From contig JAGIQG010000010.1 of the NCBI GenBank assembly GCA_024679065.1, positions 75,702,001-75,766,000 on the forward strand: a stretch of 64,000 bases of DNA. Reading direction: 5' to 3'. Source of the stretch: Sphyrna mokarran. Lineage: Eukaryota. Of this stretch, positions 39,761 to 52,469 are shown one piece after another. The notes under the pieces were generated by a model. That model ran no database searches and was not told where the DNA came from. It saw nothing but the letters and a program-made list of their open reading frames with translations. The position numbers and the translations under genes were made by a program. The stretch's first letter is position 1. Each line of letters starts with the position of its first letter.

Positions 39761-40837
39761 CAAGTTGAGGTAATTCTTAATACCCAAAGCATATTTAGCT
39801 ACACAGACTTTGAAAATAGCTTTATTTTCGTGCTTATACAATTCCTTGCAACTATTTAATTTTCAGCTCACATATAACCCATTTGACTTTAGCTTTACAA
39901 GAAGCACTCTCCTCATTTCAAACTTCAACTATCATGCAGAAGTAGTTTAAAATCTATTCTAGCGGTTACAATAAATATCATATTGGGAGGTCTGACTAGA
40001 AGCTTCAGTAAGTGTTGACTGTCTGCTTTACAAGATCAGTTTATTTCTTCATAAATTAGCCTTTTAAAGTAAAATGCTGCCAAAAACCACAAGCAAATTA
40101 TATCAAATTTAGAACGTAAAATATTATCTATGAAACATTTAACTAAATTGGTCAGTCAACAAAGCATACAACGCTCAAGTGTATTATTTAAAATCTGTTC
40201 TTGGCTGAAAGAATGTCAAATCTTAATAAATAGATGTCACATTGAAAAATGCAGGCATTATCTAAATGTAAAATGATACGAAGTGACAGGCTACCATGTA
40301 TCTGAATGAGTGATGCAAGTTCATTTCTCCAAGTACTTGATGGAATATTGATGAAAAAATATCGGTGAAAAAAAATAATTCCAGTAGAATATTGCAGGTT
40401 ATCTTTAGATGGTTTGTTTTTAATGAAGATAATTCATACGGTTCTACAGTAGATACAAACATGTGAAAATTTTAATTTGTGACCAAGCAATTTGCTTGAT
40501 TGGTTTGAAAGGATTAGCTAGCTTATACACTAATGGCTTACATTTTTCAGCAGTTACTATACACATTACTGCCATGTCACGTTTCTTGCAAACAGATTAA
40601 ATTTGTAATATGATCAATTGCAATATCAGTATGATGATGTATGAAACACAATTGTAAAAACATGCAAACTCAACCAATCAAGACCCAATTTCTCCATGTT
40701 CTCCTCTATTGCACAAACATTTTCCAAGCTAGAGTTTAAAATTGATGTACACTTAACCAGATTCAGCCTATTTCCAGCAACTGATAGGATACTCAACCAC
40801 ATTTCCCACACCTAAGTTTAAGTTTATTTACTAACGT

Positions 40838-41025
40838 CACACGGATGGCATAGTTGCTCCAGTTTCATCCCACAATCCAAAAGACAACCTGATTAAGTGC
40901 ATTGGCCATGCTAAATTCTCCCTCAGTGTACCTGAACAGGTGTCAGAGTGTGGCAACTAGGGGAATTTCACAGTAATTTCACTACAGTGTTAATGTAAGC
41001 CTACTTGTGATACTAATAAATAAAT
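40838..41025 (+). mobile_element. Internally deleted V-SINE
   Basis: gctccagtttcatcccacaatccaaaagac...attggccatgctaaattctccctcagtgtacc...actaataaataaa. Confidence 0.7.
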
Positions 41026-41049
41026 TTTAAAAACTTAACCACAGTACAT

Positions 41050-41415
41050 GCTGGAGGAGCAACATCTTATCTTCCAGTATGGGCACATTGCAGCCCTCAG
41101 GACTCAACAATGAGTCCATCAATTTTAGCTTGTGCCTTTTCTCTTTCTTGTAAAACTCAATTTTTAAAAAACATCCTATATACGTACTACCTCAATACAA
41201 CTTCTCCCCTCTCCCTCACCGCCATTCTCTACCATCTATCTTTTGTTCTTAAATTACTACGTTTTGGTGCAATCACTCACAGCTACATTTTAACATCTGA
41301 CAGTCTCTCTTTTCAGTCCTGATGAAGAGCCATAAAGGGTTAACTCAGCTTTTTCTCTTTACAAATGCTGCCACATCTGCTGAGTTTTTCCACCATCCTC
41401 CGCTCTTGATTCAAA
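41050..41415 (+). mobile_element. Penelope-like 3' fragment with a degenerate hammerhead core
   Basis: EEQHLIFQ...GTLQPSGLNNE-like C-terminus; CTGATGA at 41319-41325; terminal atgctgccacatctgctgagtttttcca. Confidence 0.65.
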
Positions 41416-42937
41416 AACATGTATTGGACAACACCATCAGATTTCTGAGTAACAAGGTGGCCCAGGCAAGTACAGTATAATATTTAAAGCTACCAATTAT
41501 TTATGCAATATATTGAATAAATAGGATACTCATTAAAACTGATGGGATTTCTTTATATCTGCTGTACCCCTAAATTCAAGGAACCATATTTTATTCCTTG
41601 ATAACAAGCAGAATTTTGAACTTATTAGCATCTAGGTTTGATTAACAATAATCATGTGGGACCATAAACATTCTTAACCTGACAAATATGAATAAAAATC
41701 AGTCATAGCAGAATATATTTATAAATATAGTGAATATATATCTATTTCAGTTTCTTCACTACCTTCATCTCTTGGAATTAATAGTAGCAAAATAAATTTC
41801 AGAGCATGGCATTCTAATGTAATAAATTGCTTTGCTTATTATCAAATAAAATCATTGATCATGTATCAGATCAATGAGATAAAGCTTTTTGTACTTAAAA
41901 ATTTCTTGAAATCTATTCACTTAACAAATCTGACCAATGAGGTTAAACTTGTCCGACAGTGTTAACAAAATTATGCAATACACAAAACTGATCAGTGTTT
42001 TTCTTTAGAAAGAATTAGCTGTTTTTTGAAAAATGAATCAGAGATAAAATGGCTAAATTAGTCATTAAATTAAAATTATGTTGTCAAAATTATATTCATG
42101 ATATTGATAGCATCACATTCCCCAAAAGGTATTCGATGCTGCATGTAGATATATATCTGCCCACTAGAACCACAGAACCCTACAGTGTAGGAGGCGGCCA
42201 TTCAGTCTATTGAGTTTGCACCAACTCTCCAAACAGCATCTTACCCAGGCTCCTGGGCCAGAATTTTTTTTAAACCTTCCATCAAAGTAGACATAAGTCT
42301 ATTTGAATGTGTAAATAAGTTGCTTAAAGTCTGCTCCTAGTCTGCGCTGCAACTTAGGTTAGTTGTGAAGCGACAAGCTGATTAAGGAAGCACTTATGAT
42401 GATGCTACTTGCAGTTTGGAAATTTATAACTTCACCCTCCAATGTCACATCACCCTGATCCTAGCCTCCACTTCCCAACATCATTCCCTGCACCCCTCCC
42501 AATCTTCTGGAGGATGGTGAACTTTCTACCCGACCTCACCCTGCAGTCCATGCATCACTCCAAATGACTCGCAAGGCCTGTGATCTTCCTATCCAACCCC
42601 TACTGAGCCTTGATTATCAACTCCAAGACTCACTCATTCCTCCTCTGGGTCCACATGATCCAATCCAATCAAATTATTAAATTACAAATTAGAGCACAAA
42701 GCTGTGCAAGACTCTTATAGCAGCATTGTCTACATTAAGGAGGGGTTATGAGATCCAAAATCAGGGGCTCCTCAGACCTTCAGATCTTAGCACAAGCAGT
42801 TAAGGTGTCCAAAAACAGTTGTGCCTGATTTTCTCTGCCCTGATACTTCGTAATTACATCAATGTGACTTTATCAATATTGATACATGGTAATCTATGTA
42901 CTTGGAATTTTTAAAAACTTTTTCTCATATTCCTTAC

Positions 42938-43338
42938 CTGTGTTTAAGATGTGCTTCCAAATCACAGCGTTGCATCACTTCTTGACAATCATTTTCAAAA
43001 GGACACAACACCAACAGTTTATCTAGAAGTTTGTGAACAAGGATGCTGGACCTTTTGCACAGTTTAAAATGAAGCCTTTTGCGGTCCAATGGGCAGAAAT
43101 TCTTCTCTCGCAAAAAATTACGGAGGCACTTGTGGCAAAATGTATGTCCACAGGGAGTGTCAAGTGGCTGTAATAGAGGCTGGAGACATATGTGGCAGAC
43201 AAGGTCATCATCCATTTCATGTTGGTAATTGTACAGATGGTTCTCCCGTATCCAGTGCTGCTGACCACACTCAAAGCATAATGGGTTTAAAGGGGGCTCC
43301 TGTTCCTCTGGATTAACGTCACCATTAGTAGTACTCAT
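42938..43338 (-). CDS. LNX2: LNX2 first coding exon (Zn-RING-Zn domain of the E3 ubiquitin ligase LNX2)
   Basis: [76 protein letters not shown]...[33 protein letters not shown]...[13 protein letters not shown] is nearly identical to vertebrate LNX2; start context accATGa; donor CAG|gtaagg at 42937-42932; 401 nt, phase 2. Confidence 0.96.
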
Positions 43339-43455
43339 GGTAACTCACTTTGGCACAGTTGCTGTCAGTCAGTTACTAATTTACGGTTACCAGTCCATGG
43401 TCAGATATTCAAATGTAATTTATCCTGGTATCAGCAATCTTCGAGTCTCATTGTT
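43339..43455 (-). other. LNX2: 5' UTR portion of the LNX2 first coding exon, containing two uORFs
   Basis: Strong acceptor ttttaatttttttgcag| with AG at 43457-43456; upstream ATGs at 43451 and 43398. Confidence 0.75.
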
Positions 43456-45747
43456 CTGCAAAAAAATTAAAAAGTTATTCTTCCAACAAACAAATTCCAC
43501 TTTGCCCAATTGTTTTACCATTCTTAATTGATTGAGGAATATAGCGTTTAATAGTATCAAACATGAATATTTACACTAAAGACAGTTCATTTTTTCATAT
43601 ATTCAGAGAATGAGTCATTCTACTTTATAGCTAGCTCCAAATAATATTTATCTTTTTTATCAAAATGCTTCACTTGATATTCAATTAAAAAACCAGTTAA
43701 CAACCTATGGTTAAAAGCTCTCATGTAACATTTCATAAAATATTCCAATTTGCTGCCTTGATAGAAAGCCTGAACTGTGGATCAGTCACCCATTATACAA
43801 AAATCAGGCAGTTCGCATAATAAGAGGTTAGAACATTAGGTGCAGCATAAGACTGAGCAGAGTAGCCCATTTGAAAAAAAAAAATCCCTGACAATATCCT
43901 TTCCTATTGTTCCTTCATTTCCTTCATCACCAACCTCTAGGTCTCCAAAAAAAAAAAACTATCCTATCCCTTTTCTCTATCAACATTTCCATGCACCTGC
44001 TCAAAAGCTGCTTTGTCTCCACTTTGTATCTGATTCCAGATAAGCTCTCACTCTGGTAGGAGAATCATTTTATGACCTCAATCCAGGGTTTTTAGGCATT
44101 AACATTGACCTTTGGCCCCCCCCCCTCAATCAAATTCAAACATAACCAATAATAGCCAAATCCAAACCAATATTAGCCAAACTCAAACTCTTCACCAAAA
44201 CTTCAAGACCTCATTCCCTGGCTAATTTAATCTTCACTTGGAGAGAATAGCTTGCAAATATTGGCCCCTTTATAGATGATAGGACGATATGAGTGGGAAC
44301 ATTCTATTTAAAGCAATTGTTTAATTCCCTATGCAATCTGAACTCTGGACAGTGTTCAAGAGAAGCTTTATAGAATATGTGAACTTACAATTAAAGGAGT
44401 GAAGTCACTTTAGAGATAAGTGTCCATATAAAGGAAATATGATGAAGCCTCATTACTGACGGAAATCCCACCACAAAGACATGAAACAGATTGTGGGAGT
44501 AAACAACAAAACATAATTGTCCATGACTTCCTTTGATGATAATTGTTCTGATTTAGAAAAACAAATACTGTCCCCAAATATATTTTGCAAAAGAAAACAC
44601 CTTAGAACTGTGGAAAATAAAAGCAGTGGCTTGGATTTTGCAATGGTAAAAATGGCAACATTCATTGTCATTGCTCTGTGAAATGGACAGCAAAAGGAAC
44701 AATAATACAGAAATCCACGTTGGTGCTAGTATTTAATGCTTCTCCAGAACTGCTGAGGTCCCTAAAGAGTGCAATTCCTAAGCAATCAATCAACCAGTAA
44801 ACTACAAATTTTATGTTGTTGATCTCATTGTAAATGCACTTGAAGTGTTTTTCCTGGGATGCAGCTGTTTTAACATACTAATGGATGTCTGGGATTTCAG
44901 CCAAGTCCTTTTATGCATTCCTGGCTGAAATCCCAGATCAGTAATATAGTGCTATTGGAGCACTGCTTCAGCACCTTCTACTTAAAACTGATTTTTCCAA
45001 TTCAATGCAGTTGGAAAATGTCAAACTTATTGGACATTAAAAGGGACTTGTATTTTAAAAAAATGCTGCAAAACTACTTCTCCAATCACAGATTGCTTCC
45101 TCCCTGTATTTATTATTGATAAACTCATGAGTGAATAATGCTGAGATAAACCAGTTTATGATTGATAAGCAACAAAGATTTGTTTTCAAAATAAGTTTTG
45201 AAGGCGTGTTCCAGGACCCAGGGTAGGAAGTAGTAGGATCCAGGCAAGGCAACAAAGCAGCAAATGCCACAAGTGAATGAATGATTGGACAGAGGAGGAC
45301 AGGTGGGAGGGGAGATGAGAGAGTGTGGGAGGAGTGGAAAAGAGAGAATATGCTTGGGAGGGGTGGAGGATAGAAAAAGTGTGTAGGAGGGACAGAGAAT
45401 ACAGGGTGCGTGGGACGGGTGAAAAAAAGACCACGTGAAGGGCAGAGAAGAGAATGGTGGTGAGGGCACAAAGAGAGAAATGATTGTGGGAGCGATGGAG
45501 AAGGAAGTGTGCTGGAGACAGAGAGAGAGTGATTCATTAATTCCTGTGTTGTAATGGCCTGAGGATGTGAAAACCATTTTATATTGTATTCCCTGCTGCC
45601 AACTTTATGTGGAATTTAGATCACAGAAACAGGTCATTTGGCCTGTCATACGAGTGATGGTGTTTAAGTTTCCTCCACTTGTCTTGATCGTATTTGGATA
45701 ACCTTCTTTCTCATGTTTTTATCAAGTTCCTTGAATGTATATATACA

Positions 45748-46630
45748 CTAGAACCATAGAATGTTCACAACACAGAAGGATACTTTTGTGTTGTGAACAC
45801 AACACTTTGCCTTTTTGTCAATACTTCGCTTTTTTTGTCTGTTCTCTACAACAGCAACTCAGCTAGTCGCATTCCTCAACCATTTCCCTGTAGCTCTATA
45901 TGCTATCTTTTCAGATAATTACTCAGTGCCTTTATGAAAGGCACTGAATTTGACTCCACCACATACTCAGACAATGCATTACAGATCATAACCACTTGTT
46001 GCATGAAGAGATTTTTCCTCATGTCACATTGTGTTCTTTGTTAATCATCTTAGGGTTCTCGACTTTCTGCCAATGAGAAAAGTTCCTCCCATTTAAGCTA
46101 TCCAGCATGTCCCACATATCTCCTTTCAAATTCCCTTTTTGAAGGGAGAACAGCCCCAGCTTCGCCAATCTATCCATATAACTCTCATCTTCAGAATTAT
46201 TCTTGTGCATCTTCTCTGTACCTTTTCTAAAAACTTCAGATCCTTCCCGCGGAGACTGAACATGTGTTTTGTGCAGGCTCATAACTTAATGGCTTTTGTA
46301 TTCCGTGCCCTTATTTATAAAGCCCAATGTCAGTATAATTTAACTGCTTTCTCAACCTGGCCTTCTACCTTCAATGATTTATGCACATATACACTCAATC
46401 ACTTCTCCTTGTTCTTCTAACCAAAATGCATTGCTTCAGCTTCTCGACATTAAATTTCATCTGCCATGTATCTGCCTACTCCACTGGTCTGTCTACACCC
46501 TCTTGAAGTTTATCACTATCCTCTTCATAATTCACAATACCTCCAAGTCTTGCATCGTCTTCAAATTTTGAAATTGTGTCCTGTACACTCAAATCTTGGT
46601 TAGAAATAAATCAAGAGAAGCAGTTTTCCC
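45748..46630 (-). mobile_element. Old CR1 3' fragment
   Basis: ORF 46019..46282 ESYMDRLAKLGLFSLQK...GD; tail ctagaaccataga. Confidence 0.75.
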
Positions 46631-49304
46631 AGTCAAAAAGTAAGTAAAGATTTCTGTAATTCATGTTTTTAATAGGTTTGAATTAAATAATTAACTGTTG
46701 CATAATTAAATTCTAGCTATGCTAAACAGTAACGATTCAAAATAAAAATCCTACCACACTAATATTTTTCATTCAAAAAGTATAGTTCCACTGACATTGT
46801 AAATGATTAATATATAGGAATCCAATATAATAATAAATATAGAAATGTTATGGTCAATATATTTTGTTAGAATTCCCGCACCTCAAAATTTGACACTACA
46901 TTACACTCCCAGACATTTAACATTACGTGATTGGCAGTTTCTTCTCTGTAAGCTATATTGTCCATTGCACAAAATTTACTGACACAATAATAAGAACAAA
47001 GAACAAAACAGCATGGGAAACAGGCCCTTCGGCCCAACGAGCCAGCACCGCCACCTCAATGTTCCTACTTCTACCCATGATCCCTGTCATCTCTAAAGTG
47101 GTGTTATGTGTTTGTAGTTTCAGCAAGTAACGAATGAACGTTGGTTTTTTAAAAAAATCATGTTCACGAGTGTCAGGCTTCACAAAGCCTATGCCCTTCA
47201 CGCTACAGGCTGGCATGAAGAGTATGAATGGCCCTTAGGAGGGAGTGGAGAGCATAGGTTGGCATGGAGAGTGTAATTGTGTGGGAGGCGGGAGGGGATG
47301 CGGGAGGCAGGAGCGAGGAAATTTCCTGACTCCAGAACACCCATCTTTAGGATGAAAATCCAGACCATCGTATCAGTATTGGCCAAAACAAAAGAGTTTC
47401 TCAGCCTAATTCCACTTTCCAGCTTTTGGTCCATAGTCTCCTAAAAATGAAGTGCCATAACCAAAGTATTTTTAAACACAATAAGTATTTCTACCACCAC
47501 TACTCTTTCAGGCAGTGAGCACCAGACCTCCAACATGTGCAAAAAAGATTTACCCTCAACATTCCTCTAGTCCATCTACCAACTGCTTTAAATCTAATTA
47601 AATCTGGATACTGGCCTCTGTTAACAGAAATAGATCCATCCCAAGCCACTACATCCAATTGCGACATGGTTGATTATTTTCATCACTCAGCTCTAATGTT
47701 CTTTTATATTCTTCCCATACTATTTTATTTCAGTATTTTAGTGATACTGTAGGTGTAACTCACTTAAGTATTTCCATTTTAAAAATATGCAATGAAGATC
47801 TAAAAAATGTTACTCAACCTATGTGATCTGCTGACATTCATCAACCTTGCCCCTGCAGTTTAGTCATCTCAATCCTTGATTGAAACTGACAACCTTGTTA
47901 CTCCTTCCATTATAACTCTGCATCTACCATCATCAAGAGTACAATTTTTTATTTTTTTCAAAATCATTACATTGTTGTTTGATATACACCCAGCTGTTAT
48001 GCCACCCACAGTAAAGAATTAGTCTTCAAGCGACACATCGTGATTTATGCCTCCTACACTGAATGAGTCATATAGCTGTGCTATGCCAGTATAATATGCA
48101 AGTGATACATGTAGAGGCTGATCCAAAAGGCAGAAAAGATAATTGAATACATTCCCCTTGCTTGCTATATTTGCAGATTAGGCACCAAAAGGTGCTTAAA
48201 AGGTGATGTGTTGCCCTCAGCCATGGCAGGTGTTTAAAAACATACTGTTAAGATTACTGTTAAGCAGGAATCACAATGCCCCTCTGTTGATCTGTGACCA
48301 AAATAGAACATAAGCTTGCTCTAAAGCCATTGGATTCATTAATCCATATTTCTACCAGGATTAGCTTCAAAATAATTTTGTGTACAGTATTATCGTACTG
48401 TTATTTATTTTGCAGTCATTTTTCAAAAAACAGCGGGGCTGAAAATCCACTACACTTGTGGTGTATTCCTGGTGCAACTCCAGGAAAAATACCTTCAGAA
48501 GCACTTAAAGTAGTCCAGAATCTATAATCTTACATCACAGGTTCCATGGAGCCTTCTAAAAGACAACTACTCTTCACTACTCCTGGTGTAGGAGAATGCT
48601 GGGTTAGAATATTCCAGCACCAAGAGTTCTTGAGTTCATGGTCCCACAGAAACTCAGGGCATCACTGGACCATAGCTGAAGGCCATAAACCACAAGGGAT
48701 CATAATCCATGAAGATTTAAGGATGGTACAATTTTATTTTTAAAATTAAAAAAAAGACTATACTTCTGCATGGCAGCATTCTTCTGCATTGCTTCGCAAT
48801 TAAATTGGCCTCCACAGCACAGGTCCTGGTTGGGTTGTGCATTCTCACATTGTCACACATCCATCTCTAACTTCTGGTTTAGTGATTAAATACTAAGTAC
48901 ATGGATTATTTTCATTAATAGCTTGTCTGGAATAAATATACCCCTGTTTTATAAAACTTCTATTTCACGCGTCAAATTTCATATGTGCAAATAAATGAAA
49001 ATCGTTAAAAGTTGTCTGTCTAGCACTTTCAAATATGTCAAAATTGGAATGATTATACATGTATGACAAAAATTGTAATTGATTCAAATAACCACCTGTC
49101 TCTTCTGAGCAAATAAATATCTAATTTACTAAGTATGATCATGAGTAGCAAAAACCTGTCAGCAAGGAACAAGTAGAGATACAAGCCACTTTCTAAAACT
49201 ACCAAAAAGTAACCATGGCAAAATTGACTAAATTGCTCAAATAATTTGTTCCATTTTCCTTTTTCATTCAGATCAGAGTTAGAAATAATATCCAGCAAAT
49301 AAAA

Positions 49305-49710
49305 TGTTTTGCATTTATTATAGGACCACCAGATGTCTCAAAGCACTTTACAACCAATGAAATATTTTCGAACTGTGGTCACTGTAATATAGAAAACACA
49401 GCCAAGCAAACTCCCCATAAACAGCAACATTATATAAACAGAAGATTTATTATTGCAATGTTGATTGAAGGATAATATAATATTGGTCAGGACACCAAGA
49501 AGAACTTCCATGTTCTTCTTTGAAATATAATGACAGGGGATTTTTTTTTAATCCGTCTGGGAGGGTAATTGGGTCCTTGGTTTAACATCTCAGTCAAAGA
49601 ACAGCATCATTGACAGTACAGTGCTGCATTGGAATATCAGCCTTGATTTTTGTGCAGTAGTGGCACATAAGCCCAGAACATGCTATCAACTGAGCCACGG
49701 GTGACACTCT
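49305..49710 (-). mobile_element. SacSINE1/AmnSINE-like DeuSINE, near full length
   Basis: Reverse strand: gtcacccgtggctcagttgatagca head, gatgttaaaccaaggaccc, ggtgtcctgaccaatatt, and tail cattggttgtaaagtgctttgagacatc. Confidence 0.75.
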
Positions 49711-52469
49711 GAATGCAAAATGCACAAAAGAATTAAACAAATTTCTAAAAAAGAATCACAGCTTTTAAAATTACATTTTTAATTAGAATCAAAGAAACAT
49801 GCAGCATTGGGGACCACTATTCGCTCATTCTTCTAGAAATATCTGCCAGATGTTCCTCTACGCAATTCCGTGCCTTAGGTCAGGGATATAGACTGAAATT
49901 GGACACTTCATCTACACTTCTAATATTGAGGACAACATTAATAATGTGGATTAAATTGTTAATTCCAATAGTTGTATGTTCAGGATGAAAGGTCAAGATT
50001 TATGGCCTTGCTCGTCCTGAAACCGTAAAATCCCACCTGAGATCAACAGACCTTTTCATGGTCCACGTCCAATTGTGGGACGATAAAATTCTGCCTAATG
50101 AGTCTGAAGCTAGCCAGTAATTTAAAATAGTTTTGTTTCCAAGACTGCAAAATAAAGTCACAGACTTTCTCAATTCCTCTCAGACACCCAGATTGAACGG
50201 TTTATCTACTCAGGCAATGCATCTATAATTCTTCCCCAATTGTGGACATTCTGTACTTACTTACCAACTTAAAGCATGTATTCTATTACAGAACAATTTC
50301 AACATTAATATAAATCATGAATGTTGTGATTCTCATTCTGTCCCATGGAGCTTCATCACCAGATTTTATAGTTGCAACTGAACAGAAAATTACCAATTGT
50401 AAGTTGTAAACAACAAAGTGCAGATGTCAGAATTAACTTGAATAATGCCTAGGACTGCCTCCAAGAGTTCAACATGGAGACCGCCAGCAACTCTCAGCCC
50501 CAAAATATCACAGCAGATTCAGCATCCTGAAGGAGGACCATCCTCCAACCTCAGAATAATAGAGATCGTGCGCAAAAAAGGGCAGGATTGGATAGTAAAT
50601 ATTACTGGATATAAGGGACTTGATTTTCTTGCTGAAACTGGGAAACAGATGCTTGTACTATTCTGGGTCCTTCATCCTCCCCCAGTTGTTGGGAAGACAG
50701 TCACAGGCTCGATTTCCAAAGGGGCAGCGTTAATTGGCCGGAGGATGGGTTGGGCAACAAATTAGCGAACAAAGGTAGGACTGAGCGAGTGCAGACCTCT
50801 TAAGCAAACCATTACTGAGCTTCCATTTTACTCATTAAATTGCAGCAGTAATTACAGAACAGGAAAGACAGAGGGCTGGAACATGAGGCTAGGCTGGTCC
50901 TCACTTCACCGATGCCAATTGGGAGGTCCTATTGAGGTAGTGAAGGAGAAGAGGGAGGTTCCCTTTCTAGAGGCAGGAGAAGGCCACCATCTGAAATCAA
51001 GGTTGCATGGATTGAGATCACTGAGAATATCAGCAGGTAAAGTTGACAAGGAGAAACCAATTCAGGGCCAGAAAAGTTTTAATGACCTTATTCACACTAG
51101 TCAGACCTCATGACAGTAGTTTAGCTATTCAACCTTAGGAGTTGGAGGGCATTTGTTGCTCCTGAACATGGGAGATAAGTGGATCCGGAATACTTACTGA
51201 TCCCTCAGTCAGGCTGCGTCCCAGTGTTGCTAAGGACTTGCAGCTTTGATATATGCAGCTTTCTAGCTCAGATACAGTCATGTTCAGCTGGGCACAGATA
51301 AAAGGCTTCAAAAAAGAAAGCCCTACCTGAGGAATGGGTGCTCAACAGGAGTTGAGCACCCACAAGTCAGACTCCCCAAGGTACTGCACTGTCATGCGTG
51401 GAGAATGAAGGAGTCTGTTCAAATGTGAAACCCTGGCTGAGTGCTGGACACGGATCAAAATCAGATTCTGTTTGTTGTGAAACAACAGAGTTATGATTAC
51501 AGAAGAGCAGCATCCCACAAGCCACTTACTAGTGGGAAAAAATACACAGGAATGAATTTGAAAAGTTACAAAGAGGTGCAAAAACTATAAATTAGTGATC
51601 ATGGAGACTTTAATTACCCTAATATAGACTGAGATAGTAGCACATGGAGAGGAGAAAGAGTTTTAAAAAAATCAGTCATAATGACACTGGTGGAGGCCAT
51701 TCAGCCCATCAAATCCTTGCCAGTGTGTTCAGAAAAATTTTCTTAATCATGATGTTTCTAGCCCAAAGAGAAAGGAAGCATTTCTGGATCTGCTTGTGGC
51801 AAATTAGGTCAGTCAAGCAGATCAAAGGGTGATCTTACCTTCTCATCCCACCAGACAGTTGGGAGGGCAAGCCGGTAAGATCACAAGAGAGCTGGGGAAA
51901 AAAAGAGAAAATCGGGTTCTTGCCCTATATCTCACTTCTTGCTATCTTACCAGCATTGGATACCAGCCTCATACTCAAAAATCAGCGATGGAGGCCAGTA
52001 ATAGCTGGGGAAAGGCAGCAACAGGTCTCTCTGAGATCTGTGCATATGCAAAGGTGCCCTCTGTTGCAAACCATCACCTCTTGACAAGCTTAGGCCCTGT
52101 ACCCTTTCCTTGCTGGCAGGAAACAGATTTTGCTTCACTTTTTCCTCAGTGTAGAAAATTGGATTCTTAACTCAACACTCCTCCCCCCCAAAAAAAGAGC
52201 AATTCTCTCCAGTTTTCACGTTTGTTTGACACTTAGAATTTTTTGGTAAGATCCAAGACAAGAATGATGTTGAATAAATTATTCAAATGGGGATTTAAAT
52301 GTAATTAATGAGTCCAGGATTGAAGTCTCCAGGCCCACTAAAATCTGCGCTCTGCAATGCACAGAGTGGGAGATTCACTTTGAAAGTGCAGCTGAAAATA
52401 AACCAGTGAGATTTACTTCAGTTTGTACACAAATTCAACATTTAGGAAAGAATTTATTTGGGAGAATCC

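Noticed and set aside
1749-42937. LNX1-p70-like alternative first exon (MKALLLLVLPW...) in the large intron
   Set aside because: No such peptide found by eye on the minus strand; it cannot be fully excluded without a search.
42938-43338. Assignment to LNX1
   Set aside because: [26 protein letters not shown] and the NPAF motif are LNX2-type; LNX1 has NPAY and a different N-terminus.
45055-45577. Three overlapping minus-strand ORFs of up to 160 aa
   Set aside because: A purine-rich low-complexity plus strand gives stop-poor Ser/Pro/Leu/Phe frames; no domain signal.
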